Below, in pieces: positions 20,095-29,863 of a stretch of 64,000 bases of DNA (position 1 is the stretch's first letter; the number at the start of each line of letters is the position of its first letter). The notes beneath the pieces are model-generated. The model searched no databases and had not been told where the DNA came from. It worked only from the letters and a program-made list of their open reading frames with translations. The position numbers and the translations under genes were made by a program. The stretch comes from a virus (lineage: Duplodnaviria; Heunggongvirae; Uroviricota; Caudoviricetes). The DNA is taken from the IMG/VR virus record IMGVR_UViG_2713896798_000008. One strand, given 5' to 3'.

Positions 20095-22190
20095 GGATTA
20101 TCTTCCGCACGCTCCGTCCGCAGTTTTTTCTTCCGGCGACGGCGTTTTTCTGCCCCGGCCGTCAGTTCCGGGGATGCCATTTCACCAGAGCACTCCTGCG
20201 GGAAGACGAGCCACGTTTCCCGCTGAGCCCAGTCCGGTGCGGAGGGCCAGCGGATCTTTTCGTAACCATGCAGAACGGCAAGCGCATCCGCATAAACCAG
20301 CAGGTCAAACGCCTCGTTAGCGCCCCTGCCCGGTTTTCGCCATTTTCCGTCACTGCCGCGTTCTTCATAGGTCAGCTCATCGTAAAACCACCGCCCCAGC
20401 CAGTCGGGAAAGTGGATATAGTTCGGCCCGGGTGTGTCACGCCACAGGGCATTATTTACACGGTCCTTAAACGCATCCGTCTGAACCAGCCACAACGCGA
20501 CATCGCCACTGGCTCTGGCCCGGCGGGCACTTCTGCCGGTATTATCCGGAAAGGTCCTGTTAATCAGTCTGTCACGACGAAGACCATCCCCCTTGAACAG
20601 ATACACCCTGTTGCCCAGCCCTTCACTACGGCACCGACGCCAGAAACGATAGGCGTTATCTGTCACCCCGGCTTCCCCTCCCGTATCCACCGCCATGGCC
20701 ATCAGACGCATGCGCACATCCGGATCAGAAGCCAGCGGCCATGTTTTATGGAACACATCCGTCAGCAACAAATCCCAGTCCTCCGGATATGCCGCCGGAT
20801 CAATCGGCAGACTTTCACCGTTGGGACTGCAGCGCAGTGAATGCCGGATGTTGTAGCGATCAACAATCCAGCGTTCCCCCTGCTCTCCGTATCCGGTGAT
20901 CTGCACAACAAAACGGCGATTTTTACCGCCCTGGACGTCAACCGTTGCCTCAATAAAACGCACACCATCCGGCACAGATCGCCGGGGAAACGGCTCGGCA
21001 CGCTGTTCAAGCAGTTCACTTTTACGCTGTTCCGTGGCTGAACGGGGCAGATAGGGGCGTCCGATATCGGTGTTCACCACCGCCTTCAGGGTCTCTTCAC
21101 TGCCGGTTCGCTCATACTCTTCTTCTGCCGCCAGCAGTTTAAAAATCAGTTGTTCCCAGGTCTGAAACGCCGCAGCCGGACCCTCCATCCAGAAACTTGC
21201 TATTCTGGAATTTCGGGGGGTTCCGGTGATACGGCCATCCGCCGCTGCCCGTTCGCCTTCCCGCAGCCAGATCCCCTGGTTATTCAGTTCACGCTTCTGT
21301 TCCGGCGCAATCAGGCCGCGGCAGTGCGGACACATCAGGCGGGCCGCCTGCCCGGCAGCCACAAAATCAGGGTTGTTCCGGTAACCGGTCATGTTATCCA
21401 TCACCGGCTGAAAATATTCCCCGCAGTGCGGACACGGCCAGTACCACCGGCGACGATCCCCCCGGTTATACAGGGACAGGATCCCCGTGGTTGGCGGAGC
21501 CTCATGTGCACCACCACAGCGCCATTTGGTATCGGTGATATCCCGCCCCGGTGAACTCTCAACCAGGGTCATCCCGGAGGACATAAAGGTGGTGGTACGC
21601 TTTGAGGCCAGGGTGAAGGCATCCCCTTCCCCGTCCACGTTCTCAGGGAAACGGTCATAATCCGTCAGCGCCACACGACGGTAATCCGAGGAGGAAAATA
21701 CGGTGATCGACGGCCAGCCAATTTTCAGGAATGAGCCGTCAAGAAACATTTTGTCGTGGACGTTGTTGTCATTACGGGAAGGACTGAGACGTTTACTCAC
21801 TTCCGGACTGTGACGAAACGTCCTGGAAAGACGCGTTCTGGAATGCTCACGCGCCTTGGTTTCGGTCATCTGCACCACCAGCATATCCGCCGGATCACAG
21901 ATGATGCCGTACACAATCCAGCCATCAATCAGCCCTTCTGTTTTCCCGGTCCGCGCCGGTCCCACAAACACCACCGCGTCATATTCACGGGCTGATAATG
22001 TATTAATGGGGTCAATCATATAGGGCGTCAGCGATGACTCCCACGGACCGGAAGTATTGGCTCCCCGTGGTACCCGCATATAACGTCTGATGGCTTCCGC
22101 TACTGGTAACCGGCTGGGCGGGCGAAACAGCGAGGCCACTTCGCGCCAGATATCGGATGCGCGGCTATGGCTCTCGTTCACCTGATTCAC
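20067..22190 (-). CDS. A: terminase large subunit (lambda gpA family)
   Basis: 707 aa; ATPase region VVFVGPARTGKTEG and Cys-rich motif CPHCGEYF as in lambda A. Confidence 0.9.
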   Translation of the reverse strand: MNQVNESHSRASDIWREVASLFRPPSRLPVAEAIRRYMRVPRGANTSGPWESSLTPYMIDPINTLSAREYDAVVFVGPARTGKTEGLIDGWIVYGIICDPADMLVVQMTETKAREHSRTRLSRTFRHSPEVSKRLSPSRNDNNVHDKMFLDGSFLKIGWPSITVFSSSDYRRVALTDYDRFPENVDGEGDAFTLASKRTTTFMSSGMTLVESSPGRDITDTKWRCGGAHEAPPTTGILSLYNRGDRRRWYWPCPHCGEYFQPVMDNMTGYRNNPDFVAAGQAARLMCPHCRGLIAPEQKRELNNQGIWLREGERAAADGRITGTPRNSRIASFWMEGPAAAFQTWEQLIFKLLAAEEEYERTGSEETLKAVVNTDIGRPYLPRSATEQRKSELLEQRAEPFPRRSVPDGVRFIEATVDVQGGKNRRFVVQITGYGEQGERWIVDRYNIRHSLRCSPNGESLPIDPAAYPEDWDLLLTDVFHKTWPLASDPDVRMRLMAMAVDTGGEAGVTDNAYRFWRRCRSEGLGNRVYLFKGDGLRRDRLINRTFPDNTGRSARRARASGDVALWLVQTDAFKDRVNNALWRDTPGPNYIHFPDWLGRWFYDELTYEERGSDGKWRKPGRGANEAFDLLVYADALAVLHGYEKIRWPSAPDWAQRETWLVFPQECSGEMASPELTAGAEKRRRRKKKLRTERAEDNPWTTSGGWL

Positions 22191-22663
22191 ATATCGGCCT
22201 CATCACAACAGTCAATGACTGCCTTTTCCAGTGTGTCGCGGATCTCATCAACCACAATCTGTACTTCATTCAGTTGTGATGCAGTCCACCCTCTGTCCCT
22301 CTCCAGCCGGTCAGGCCAGGTTTCCAGTACCTGAACTATCGCTTTCACCACGACGGAAAACGACCGCCTGACATCACTGACAGGCACAAGCTGAACAGTT
22401 TCATGCTGAAATTTAAGACGCTCGCGCTCGGACTGATACCATGCCTTACGAGCGTGAGGATCCATATCCTCATCTTCTGCTGATGGTGGTTTTTCCAGCA
22501 ACGAAGTTATCAAATCCGTCAGGAGATACAGTTTTTTCTTTTCATTACTGCCTGGTGCAAGAGGAACATCTGCCATTCTGGCGGCGACAGTCTGTCGGTG
22601 CAGGCCTGAAAGGGATGCCAGTTGATTAATATTGAACTTCATATTTTTCAGCTCGCCGTCCAT
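22187..22663 (-). CDS. terminase small subunit (HTH DNA-packaging protein)
   Basis: Overlaps terL start; N-terminal HTH NINQLASLSGLHRQTV; position of Nu1. Confidence 0.7.
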   Translation of the reverse strand: MDGELKNMKFNINQLASLSGLHRQTVAARMADVPLAPGSNEKKKLYLLTDLITSLLEKPPSAEDEDMDPHARKAWYQSERERLKFQHETVQLVPVSDVRRSFSVVVKAIVQVLETWPDRLERDRGWTASQLNEVQIVVDEIRDTLEKAVIDCCDEADM

Positions 22664-23125
22664 TCACGCCTCCTCCACAAATACCGCAGAACAGAAGTGA
22701 CTCTGTTTTTTTTGTAAAGAAACAGCGCCACGCAAAGATGTCGAACAAAAATTAACCTTAATCATCATCTTTTCAGAACGAATGTGCTTAAAAACAACAA
22801 GTTACACACATGATGATGATGACGATAAAATCACAAAAATGCGCTTTTTTCCGCGCCGACCCGCCCCGTGTTCAGGCCCACCACACCAGGAGGACCCGAA
22901 AAATGATAATGGTTATCATTTGTAATGTAGTCCGGTTTCTTCCACCATCACACCGGACCAGCGACTATGAGGGGACAACGCCGCGCTCCGTTAACGCGGT
23001 AAACCCCGGTGTGTATCGTTTTTGATTATCCCCGCACACTCGCGCAGAGGAGTCTCCCTGTCGGGCTGCGGTCTCTGTTAATACGGGAATACGGCGACAA
23101 TACCGCGCATGGATAATAAGGTCGC

Positions 23126-23350
23126 TCAACACACTGGCTGTAATGCAGCGGATACCATGCGGCATTTAGCGGCATTCATCGTACACTCAACGGTTAGCTC
23201 TTCATTCGTGGCATTCACCTGAAAGGTCCGGGAGTGTAATTGCGTACATTTACCACTGAACGAACCTTCAACAAGAACACGACCACGCTGCAAAATACGG
23301 AACGGAATTGTTCCCTGAAAAGGCTTTACGGTTACCAGTAATTTCTTCAT
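23126..23350 (-). CDS. hypothetical small protein at the Bor position (not Bor-like)
   Basis: ATG at 23350 with SD ggaga; MKKLLVTVKPF...; no family recognised. Confidence 0.35.
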   Translation of the reverse strand: MKKLLVTVKPFQGTIPFRILQRGRVLVEGSFSGKCTQLHSRTFQVNATNEELTVECTMNAAKCRMVSAALQPVC

Positions 23351-23373
23351 GCATTCTCCGGATAACAAAAATA

Positions 23374-23841
23374 CTAGTTAATACACTGAGTGCGGATATA
23401 TTCCTGCGCCCCTTCCAGCTGCTTCTGCATCATCATCAACCGTTCTCTGAGGATGAAATAATCCCGTTCAGCGGTGTCTGCCAGTCGGGGGCCGGTTGCA
23501 TTATCCACGCCGGAGGTGCCGGTGGCTTCACGCACGGTACCGTGGCAGGTGGCGTTGATCCGCAGGCGCTTACGACCAGCGGCAACATCAGCACGCAGAG
23601 TTTCATTTTCAGCTCTCGCATCGGCTAATTCCTTCGAGTATTTTGCATCGAGCGCAGCAACATCACGCTGACGCACCTGCATGTCAGTAATGGTGGCATT
23701 CGCCTGTTCCAGCTCTCTGGCTTTTTTATCGCGCTGCGCTTTGTAGGTGATGGCGTTATCGCGGTAATGATTAACAGCCCATAACAGACAGACGATGATG
23801 CAGATAACCAGAGCGTAAATAATCGCGGTTACTCTTCTCAC
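23374..23841 (-). CDS. Rz: spanin inner-membrane subunit Rz
   Basis: [17 protein letters not shown]...[16 protein letters not shown] matches lambda Rz; GTG start overlaps endolysin stop (GTGA). Confidence 0.85.
   Translation of the reverse strand: MRRVTAIIYALVICIIVCLLWAVNHYRDNAITYKAQRDKKARELEQANATITDMQVRQRDVAALDAKYSKELADARAENETLRADVAAGRKRLRINATCHGTVREATGTSGVDNATGPRLADTAERDYFILRERLMMMQKQLEGAQEYIRTQCIN
23436..23621 (-). CDS. Rz1: spanin outer-membrane lipoprotein Rz1 (embedded in Rz, +1 frame)
   Basis: Lipobox VVSAC and proline-rich [27 protein letters not shown] as in lambda Rz1. Confidence 0.8.
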   Translation of the reverse strand: MRELKMKLCVLMLPLVVSACGSTPPATVPCVKPPAPPAWIMQPAPDWQTPLNGIISSSENG

Positions 23842-24371
23842 TGATCTATCCCCCAACAAGCTAATGCGCTTTCCTGGTCACGACGAATAACCTGTCCGTA
23901 GCAGTTATTTGAACGTGTGCGGCAATCACGCCCACCGTCCTTAATCCACCAGCGAATCGCCTCACACGCTCCCCTGCGATCACCTGCATTAATTCGTTTA
24001 TAAAACGTCGACGGGAAACACTTACCGGGACCAATGTTGTACGGACAGAATGACGCAATCCCCGCTTTCTGGGGTTCGGTCAGTGGCACTTTGATGTTTT
24101 TCTCCACCCATGCCAGCGCCTTATCACGCTCAATGGCGTTAACCCGGTCGCATTTTTCCTTCGACAGCTTCATGCCAGGAATCACAGGCTTACCATCCAC
24201 CATGATGGCACCTCGGCAGATGGTCCAGATACCCGCACCATCACGGTATGCCGTGGTGTGGTTACCTTCCTTTTCATCCAGAAACTGGTCGAGAATGTCA
24301 GGCGCAGGCGCACCAGCGGCAATCAGCGCCAGAACGGCAGCCGACAGGCCGTATTTGATTTTGGTGTTCAT
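23838..24371 (-). CDS. SAR-type endolysin (T4-lysozyme-like, GH24)
   Basis: 177 aa; N-terminal signal-anchor [21 protein letters not shown]; near-identical to RrrD/RrrQ-type lysozymes. Confidence 0.9.
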   Translation of the reverse strand: MNTKIKYGLSAAVLALIAAGAPAPDILDQFLDEKEGNHTTAYRDGAGIWTICRGAIMVDGKPVIPGMKLSKEKCDRVNAIERDKALAWVEKNIKVPLTEPQKAGIASFCPYNIGPGKCFPSTFYKRINAGDRRGACEAIRWWIKDGGRDCRTRSNNCYGQVIRRDQESALACWGIDQ

Positions 24372-24413
24372 GGATATTTATCAGGATTTATCGGCAACAG
24401 ATAACGAGCCAGC

Positions 24414-24974
24414 TTATATACGTCCTTTAAGATAAGTCAGTCCTGGATGAAACCAGTAAGCCGGCACTTTTTTAAAGGGCGGGTTGTCAAACTCACGAAG
24501 AAGAGCCTCCCGCACAACTGCATCCTTGTCAGCACCACTGGCCAGCGCTTCAATCTCAGCAGCTATCTGCAGATATCCCATGCAACGACCAATGCACTTC
24601 ATCAGCCCCTGCTTTTTATTGTTCTTCAGGTAATCAATGGCAAATTCAATGAGCTCCTCACTATGCTGGTGCGATGGCGGTGTTACTTTCCCATTTTCTG
24701 AGATGGTTATTTTCCCAGCATCACCGGATACAACAAAGGATGGCCGGTTACACTCCCATTCCAGCTCACTGAAATTATCATTATGAATACTGAAACACTC
24801 TGAGAGATTTCTGCTCATCACTTTCCGACAATAATCGTCAAACGCAGCAAACTGCTCATCGCGGCGTTTTTTTTCATCTTCAGAAGGCATCAGCGTCGAC
24901 AGTTTTTTATTCAGTTCAGCAATTTCATTTTCCAGACGACTGAAGCGCTGATTCATTTCTTCATGGTTCATCAC
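24414..24974 (-). CDS. hypothetical protein inserted between holin and endolysin (moron)
   Basis: 186 aa; coiled-coil-like N-terminus; occupies the slot held by ydfR in the Qin-like remnant; no family recognised. Confidence 0.5.
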   Translation of the reverse strand: MMNHEEMNQRFSRLENEIAELNKKLSTLMPSEDEKKRRDEQFAAFDDYCRKVMSRNLSECFSIHNDNFSELEWECNRPSFVVSGDAGKITISENGKVTPPSHQHSEELIEFAIDYLKNNKKQGLMKCIGRCMGYLQIAAEIEALASGADKDAVVREALLREFDNPPFKKVPAYWFHPGLTYLKGRI

Positions 24975-25181
24975 CTAATCTCCCCGGGCAGCCTTGCGAC
25001 GGTCCTCTTTAATTTTGAAATACAGGTTAGTCAGATACGTCAGCAGGCCAAACAGCAGACTCCCCAGCACACCTATCGCCACCCACTGGGACGGAGAGAC
25101 TTTGTCCAGCAGCTGCAGTAACCAGTATCCCGTCCCCACCGCTGACGTGGTGTATGACACACCTGTTGTGATTTTTTCCAT
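24975..25181 (-). CDS. S: class II holin (phage 21 S / pinholin family)
   Basis: [42 protein letters not shown]...[13 protein letters not shown] matches the S21/EssD family. Confidence 0.85.
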   Translation of the reverse strand: MEKITTGVSYTTSAVGTGYWLLQLLDKVSPSQWVAIGVLGSLLFGLLTYLTNLYFKIKEDRRKAARGD

Positions 25182-25230
25182 CCGATGTATGTCTCCGTCA
25201 CCGCCGACAGAAAATGAAAGTAAAGAAAAA

Positions 25231-25261
25231 CAAAAAAACCGCCAGTGTCACCCACTGACGG
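25231..25261 (-). terminator. candidate rho-independent terminator immediately upstream of S
   Basis: Hairpin ccgccagtg/cactgacgg (one mismatch) followed by U-run on minus strand. Confidence 0.35.
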
Positions 25262-25360
25262 CCAACTCCGGGAGCCGTGATTATGGCATTCAGGCTCTGC
25301 TAAAAATGCCAGATAACATTCCGGCCCCCCCCTAGTTCAGGTTATAAATGACACAATATC

Positions 25361-25480
25361 TTGACAACATCCGTCACTGTCTGTCAGAAAATATACCGCC
25401 AGGCATAAGTATCATGTGAAATCCAACTATCCTTTTGAGCCAGCACCTCTCCACCGAAAGTCAGTGCTGGCTGTTTTTTT
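25361..25480 (+). ncRNA. sRNA-like module 1 (TTGACA ... hairpin ... T-run); function unknown
   Basis: TTGACA at 25361, hairpin agccagcac/gtgctggct at about 25437-25472, then T7; paralogous to module 2. Confidence 0.25.
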
Positions 25481-25528
25481 CCTTAATAAAGCATCTGTAA
25501 CTGAAACAATCCGCATATTGATAATATA

Positions 25529-25627
25529 TTGACAGGCATCATTGCTGTCTGTGAAAAATAAGTCTCTACAAACATATAAGGCCTTTTAGCCAGCGTCTTC
25601 TTTCAGGTCAGCCGCTGGCTTTTTTTA
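25529..25627 (+). ncRNA. sRNA-like module 2 (paralogue of module 1)
   Basis: TTGACA at 25529, conserved ctgtctgt box, hairpin agccagcg/cgctggct, then T7 ending at nanS-p stop. Confidence 0.25.
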
Positions 25628-27529
25628 TTATGCTGCCGGTGCATTTATCTCCAGCACCAGACTTTCTATCTCAACGCCATACGCTGCATTTTTTGTAACA
25701 TCCGTCAGCGTCAGCGCATTCAGCCCCAGTGTCAGACTGTCTTTTATGACCTGGAATGCCGGGCCAGCCACTCCATTCAGTTTCGGAGTAACCGTGGCAC
25801 TGCCGGCGGTGAACACCAGCTCCAGCGTCTGCCAGTCGTTACCGTAATCGCCGAACTCCCCCAGCTTCGTGTTTCCGGCTTTCCTGTGATGCATCAGATT
25901 CACTCTGCCGTCAGTGGTCTGAGTGAAGTACGACATCAGGAACGGATTACCGGTACCCGTCATCGCCACACCATCAGGAACGGGAGCATCCGTATACAGA
26001 TAAATCCCCAGCCCGAACTGATTGTTGGTCAGTGCGCCTGACAGGCGGAACTTACAGGTCAGTCTGCCGCCCTGTGTCAGCAGGGTAATTGCGTCATCCA
26101 CCGGATGCGTCAGGGACCAGGTTTTATTGCTCTGCTTGGTGATCTTAAATACACCATCTGACAACTGAATTCCGCCATCCTTAATGCTCCAGCCCTGCGC
26201 AGCAGCCTCTCCGGCTGCCGGCAGCAGGGAGATTGTGCGAACGGACGTATCTGCAGACGGACCCGATGGCGTGTTGCCGCCGGGCGAGGGTTTGATTTCC
26301 GGTGCCTTACCACTGATGAAGGCTGAGGTGCGCCCGGCTGCGTTCAGAATAGCGGTTGCCATACGATCCGGAATAATGCTCCTGCGCGCCCATGAACTGA
26401 AATGTGTCGGGCGGTTTGATGATACCTGGTTTCCATTCGTTCTCGATGCCGCACCGTAATATCCTGATGCCGGAATATCCGGATCTTCTGCCGGCGCGTT
26501 AGTGGCGGTATTGACGCCGTTACCGTCTGTCATGAAGGGCACAAAATAAACGCCCTCACTCTCCCTGTTTTTATACCCGCCGTACACGGTGTCGTACTGG
26601 GTAGCGTATGTATTTTTCCAGTAATACGTCGTGTCACCACAAATCCACGGCACATCTGCAGCACTGCCACCATGGCACTGCGCGTTAAACACGGAGAGGT
26701 CAGCACGAAACTGTGTCAGCATGGCTGTAAACAGCGCAGGTTGCTGTGCGTGGGTGGCGGCGCTCATGTCAAACTCTCCCTGCATCCAGCACACCGCCAG
26801 CAACACATTTTTCGGGTTCTTCTGTAATGCAGCTTTGGTGCGCGCAATCAGGTCCTGATATAACGGTTTACCCACACCCCAGCGCGCCGAATCCTGGCTG
26901 GCCCCCGTGTCCGCACTGAATGTCCCCTCCGCGCCCTGGGTAAATGCCGAACCACCACGACAGCATGGTACCAGCAGGATCCCCGCGTTATTCGGGATAT
27001 ACGGGAGCAGTTTTTTGGCAATATGTAACCCCTGGCCGACACAGCCGTACTGCCCTTTGCTCAGGTCTGCCTTCGGATGATTCAGCGTACTCATATCCTG
27101 CACATCATGCAGGCAGTGGTCGGCCGGAATAATATCGTTATATCTGCAGGCAGCCCCACCCGGCGTCACTGTACTGCGGCGCGCCAGCTGCTTAATGCGC
27201 GGGTCCGGACGGTCATATGTCTCCGGCAGCGGAAGGCCTTCACCATATGCCATGCCGTTTGACTGCCCCGCCAGAACCACAACAAAGTAATACTCCGGGT
27301 CTCTGGTGGCGCTGATTACTGTGCCTTCTCCATCCGACGGCTTCACCACAACAGGTGTGCTCACATCACCTTCTGCGACAATCGCCTGAATAAGTGCTGC
27401 GCCATCATCCGTATACGAAGAAAACGGCCCGCCGTATGGCTGCCATCCTTCACGAATTTTTTGAGCAAGCGCATCCGCAAGGTCTGACGGCGACGCCGCC
27501 CTGACCACGTCATAGTGTTTAAATGCCAT
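25628..27529 (-). CDS. nanS-p: prophage sialate O-acetylesterase NanS-p (SGNH/SASA family)
   Basis: 633 aa; GQSN motif (VVVLAGQSNGMAYGE); position between tRNA genes and S as in Stx phages. Confidence 0.8.
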   Translation of the reverse strand: MAFKHYDVVRAASPSDLADALAQKIREGWQPYGGPFSSYTDDGAALIQAIVAEGDVSTPVVVKPSDGEGTVISATRDPEYYFVVVLAGQSNGMAYGEGLPLPETYDRPDPRIKQLARRSTVTPGGAACRYNDIIPADHCLHDVQDMSTLNHPKADLSKGQYGCVGQGLHIAKKLLPYIPNNAGILLVPCCRGGSAFTQGAEGTFSADTGASQDSARWGVGKPLYQDLIARTKAALQKNPKNVLLAVCWMQGEFDMSAATHAQQPALFTAMLTQFRADLSVFNAQCHGGSAADVPWICGDTTYYWKNTYATQYDTVYGGYKNRESEGVYFVPFMTDGNGVNTATNAPAEDPDIPASGYYGAASRTNGNQVSSNRPTHFSSWARRSIIPDRMATAILNAAGRTSAFISGKAPEIKPSPGGNTPSGPSADTSVRTISLLPAAGEAAAQGWSIKDGGIQLSDGVFKITKQSNKTWSLTHPVDDAITLLTQGGRLTCKFRLSGALTNNQFGLGIYLYTDAPVPDGVAMTGTGNPFLMSYFTQTTDGRVNLMHHRKAGNTKLGEFGDYGNDWQTLELVFTAGSATVTPKLNGVAGPAFQVIKDSLTLGLNALTLTDVTKNAAYGVEIESLVLEINAPAA

Positions 27530-28059
27530 GAATCCTCCCGGCCGGGATAATGTTGTGAGTCAGATAAGGGGCGGGCTGAAGTCCGGAAGTTACAGGACAA
27601 TGACAGAAGGAAGACTACAGCCCGCAATACGAAAAAGGCCGCGCAGTTGCGCAGCCTTATAAACCCTGGTTAAAATCCACACGATAAAAATGACAATGCA
27701 AGTATCTCATGCTGTTGCCCGAACCTACTCGGGCTTTTTTTGCATGTAAAAAGGCTCCTGCGATGAGGAGCCTGGATATATGCCTAATCTCTGTATACAG
27801 CATGATGCCGGGTGCCTCCCGGTGAATTCTGCAATGACCAGACAGAATCCGCAACTTGCCTATACAATACGCAACCAAACATCTGTCATTATGCCCCGCC
27901 GCCCAGGGGGATTCATCATGCAGGATTTTTTTAACAAACGCTCAGCATGTCAGGCAACAGTCAACTACCTGAATTGTGAGGCATTTAACATTTCACTGTC
28001 CGGTGTCTTTCCTGTAATAAAAAGCCCGCAAAAGAGAGTCAGGGCAGATAAGTGTGGTG

Positions 28060-28136
28060 TGGCGCGTTGTACTGGATTCGAACCAGTGACCGATTGCTTA
28101 GAAGGCAATTGCTCTGTCCGGCTGAGCTAACAACGC
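28060..28136 (-). tRNA. argO: tRNA-Arg (anticodon UCU)
   Basis: Cloverleaf read manually: acceptor GCGTTGT/ACAACGC, anticodon loop CTTCTAA, T-loop GGTTCGAATCC, discriminator G plus CCA; 77 nt. Confidence 0.85.
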
Positions 28137-28149
28137 AGAATACCGATAA

Positions 28150-28215
28150 TGGACCGCCACCGGGGACTCCGAATCTCGCACAGGGTGACGTTCTTTCCTG
28201 ATGAGCTAGTGGCGG
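28150..28215 (-). other. degenerate tRNA-like element between the two tRNA genes (possible argN remnant)
   Basis: 7-bp acceptor-like pairing CCGCCAC/GTGGCGG plus CCA end but only 66 nt and no convincing D or anticodon arm. Confidence 0.25.
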
Positions 28216-28216
28216 T

Positions 28217-28292
28217 TGGTGGCCCTTGCTGGATTTGAACCAGCGACCTGGCGATTATGAGTCACTCGCTCTCACCACTGAGCTAAAGGGCC
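28217..28292 (-). tRNA. ileZ: tRNA with CAU anticodon (Ile2/lysidine type, ileZ-like, or Met)
   Basis: Cloverleaf read manually: GGCCCTT acceptor, CTCATAA anticodon loop, T-arm GCTGGTTCAAATCCAGC, CCA; similar to E. coli ileX. Confidence 0.85.
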
Positions 28293-28332
28293 GGGCGCAG
28301 AATAATAACGGTGCGTCACTGATTCTGCAATA

Positions 28333-29391
28333 TCATCCGTTCTGACTGATTAAATCCTGAACTTCCCTGACTGTCTGCTCAAAACGTCCGGTCTCCAGCT
28401 CAACACCAATCGCCCTACGTCCCAGTGACAGCGCCGCTTTTACCGTTGAACCTGACCCCATGAAGAAATCTGCAACCAGGTCTCCCGGACGACTGCTCGC
28501 ACTGATTATCTGCCGCAGCATTTCTGCCGGTTTTTCGCACGGATGTTTTCCGGGATAGTACTGTACGGGTTTGTGCGTCCACACATCCGTATAAGGAACC
28601 GCAGCCGATACGGAAAAATAACGCCGCAGGGTTTTATACTCTTCCTGCAGGCTGACATATTGTCGGTTCAGTTCACTGTATGTACTGACCAGCTGGTGGT
28701 GTGGCCATTCCAGTTCACCGCGCTGATGCTTCTCTTCTGCCACCCGGACAAACAGCGCCTGTAATTTCAGATAATCGCTTTCGTTCGGCAACTGCCACTG
28801 ACTGGCACTGAACCAGTGCGACACCATGTTTTTCTTTCCTGTGACATCTGCAATCTGTTTTGCCGTTATCCCCAGGGCAGCGCGCGCATCACGAAAGTAA
28901 GCAATCAGCGGGGCCATCACATGCTGTTTCAGTGCCCTGCCCTTCGCCTCACAGCCATCATCTTTCGGGCGATACGGCCCCTGATAATGTTCCGCGAACA
29001 GAATGCGCTCTGTGGCCGGAAAATACGCCCGCAGGCTTTCCTTGTTACACCCGTTCCAGCGTCCGGACGGCTTTGCCCAGATGATATGGTTCAGTACGTT
29101 AAACCGCTCACGCATCATGATTTCGGTGTCAGATGCCAGGCGATGGCCACAGAACAGGTAAAGACTTCCGGCTGGTTTCAGCACCCGCCAGAACTGCGCA
29201 AGGCACTGGTCCAGCCACTTCAGGTAATCTTCATCACCCACCCACAGGTTATCCCAGTCCGCGGGTTTCACTTTGAAGTACGGCGGGTCCGTGACTATCA
29301 GGTCCACAGAATTTTCGGGTAACGACCGCATAAATTCCAGGCAGTCGGCGTTGATTAACTCATAACTGGATATTTTTACAGTATTAAGCAT
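28333..29391 (-). CDS. orphan DNA methyltransferase (N6-adenine/N4-cytosine, DPPY motif)
   Basis: 352 aa; motif IVTDPPYF; no adjacent restriction endonuclease gene. Confidence 0.85.
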   Translation of the reverse strand: MLNTVKISSYELINADCLEFMRSLPENSVDLIVTDPPYFKVKPADWDNLWVGDEDYLKWLDQCLAQFWRVLKPAGSLYLFCGHRLASDTEIMMRERFNVLNHIIWAKPSGRWNGCNKESLRAYFPATERILFAEHYQGPYRPKDDGCEAKGRALKQHVMAPLIAYFRDARAALGITAKQIADVTGKKNMVSHWFSASQWQLPNESDYLKLQALFVRVAEEKHQRGELEWPHHQLVSTYSELNRQYVSLQEEYKTLRRYFSVSAAVPYTDVWTHKPVQYYPGKHPCEKPAEMLRQIISASSRPGDLVADFFMGSGSTVKAALSLGRRAIGVELETGRFEQTVREVQDLISQNG

Positions 29392-29541
29392 GGATCATTA
29401 AGCCTGTCTCTGATAGGCTCATTCTGCTTTTGCGCAAAGCAGTGGGCCTGAGGTTTGCTTGTGATCCAGACGCATGAGCAGATGGCTGGTGAGTGCCCCT
29501 AACACCCACCAGCCGCCCATTTACCACAAATAAAAAAGCCT

Positions 29542-29823
29542 TCAGGACTGAAGGCGTCTGTAACAACCGAACTGATAGTCTGCCAGACCCGCCATAACCA
29601 GCTGGGTCAGTATTAACTGGCAGCGTTCGCGTGAAAGGTAAGTATTCTGCGCAATCTCCCCGACTGTCGCCGGGTCGGTAACGCTTAATTCATTAAACAC
29701 CACTCTGGCGGTTTCTGTCATATCCTGCTGTTTTAGCATGCCTTTTTTCCCTTTTCCGGTTAACGTGACATACCAATAACTCTTGTCGAAAAAGCCAGCA
29801 AGCTGAAAGACCCGTATTCGCAA
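29542..29823 (-). CDS. hypothetical protein downstream of tR'
   Basis: ORF track; internal start MLKQQDMTETARVV possible; no family recognised. Confidence 0.3.
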   Translation of the reverse strand: MRIRVFQLAGFFDKSYWYVTLTGKGKKGMLKQQDMTETARVVFNELSVTDPATVGEIAQNTYLSRERCQLILTQLVMAGLADYQFGCYRRLQS

Positions 29824-29863
29824 CCACCAGCGCGTTTACTGTACTGACGCGATTTTCGGGCAT

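Noticed and set aside
22664-23125. cos site of the complete prophage
   Set aside because: A GC-rich stretch at about 22851-22880 (ccgcgccgacccgcccc) loosely resembles cosN, but the terminase is not Nu1-type and I cannot define the cohesive end from sequence alone
23126-23350. Bor lipoprotein at the lambda bor position
   Set aside because: Protein has no lipobox and no similarity to Bor; kept as hypothetical
27530-28059. Looked for stxA/stxB coding sequence
   Set aside because: Interval is only about 530 bp with no ORF of suitable size on the late strand
27780-28130. 116-aa plus-strand ORF
   Set aside because: Overlaps the tRNA-Arg gene and an intergenic region with hairpins; no ribosome-binding site
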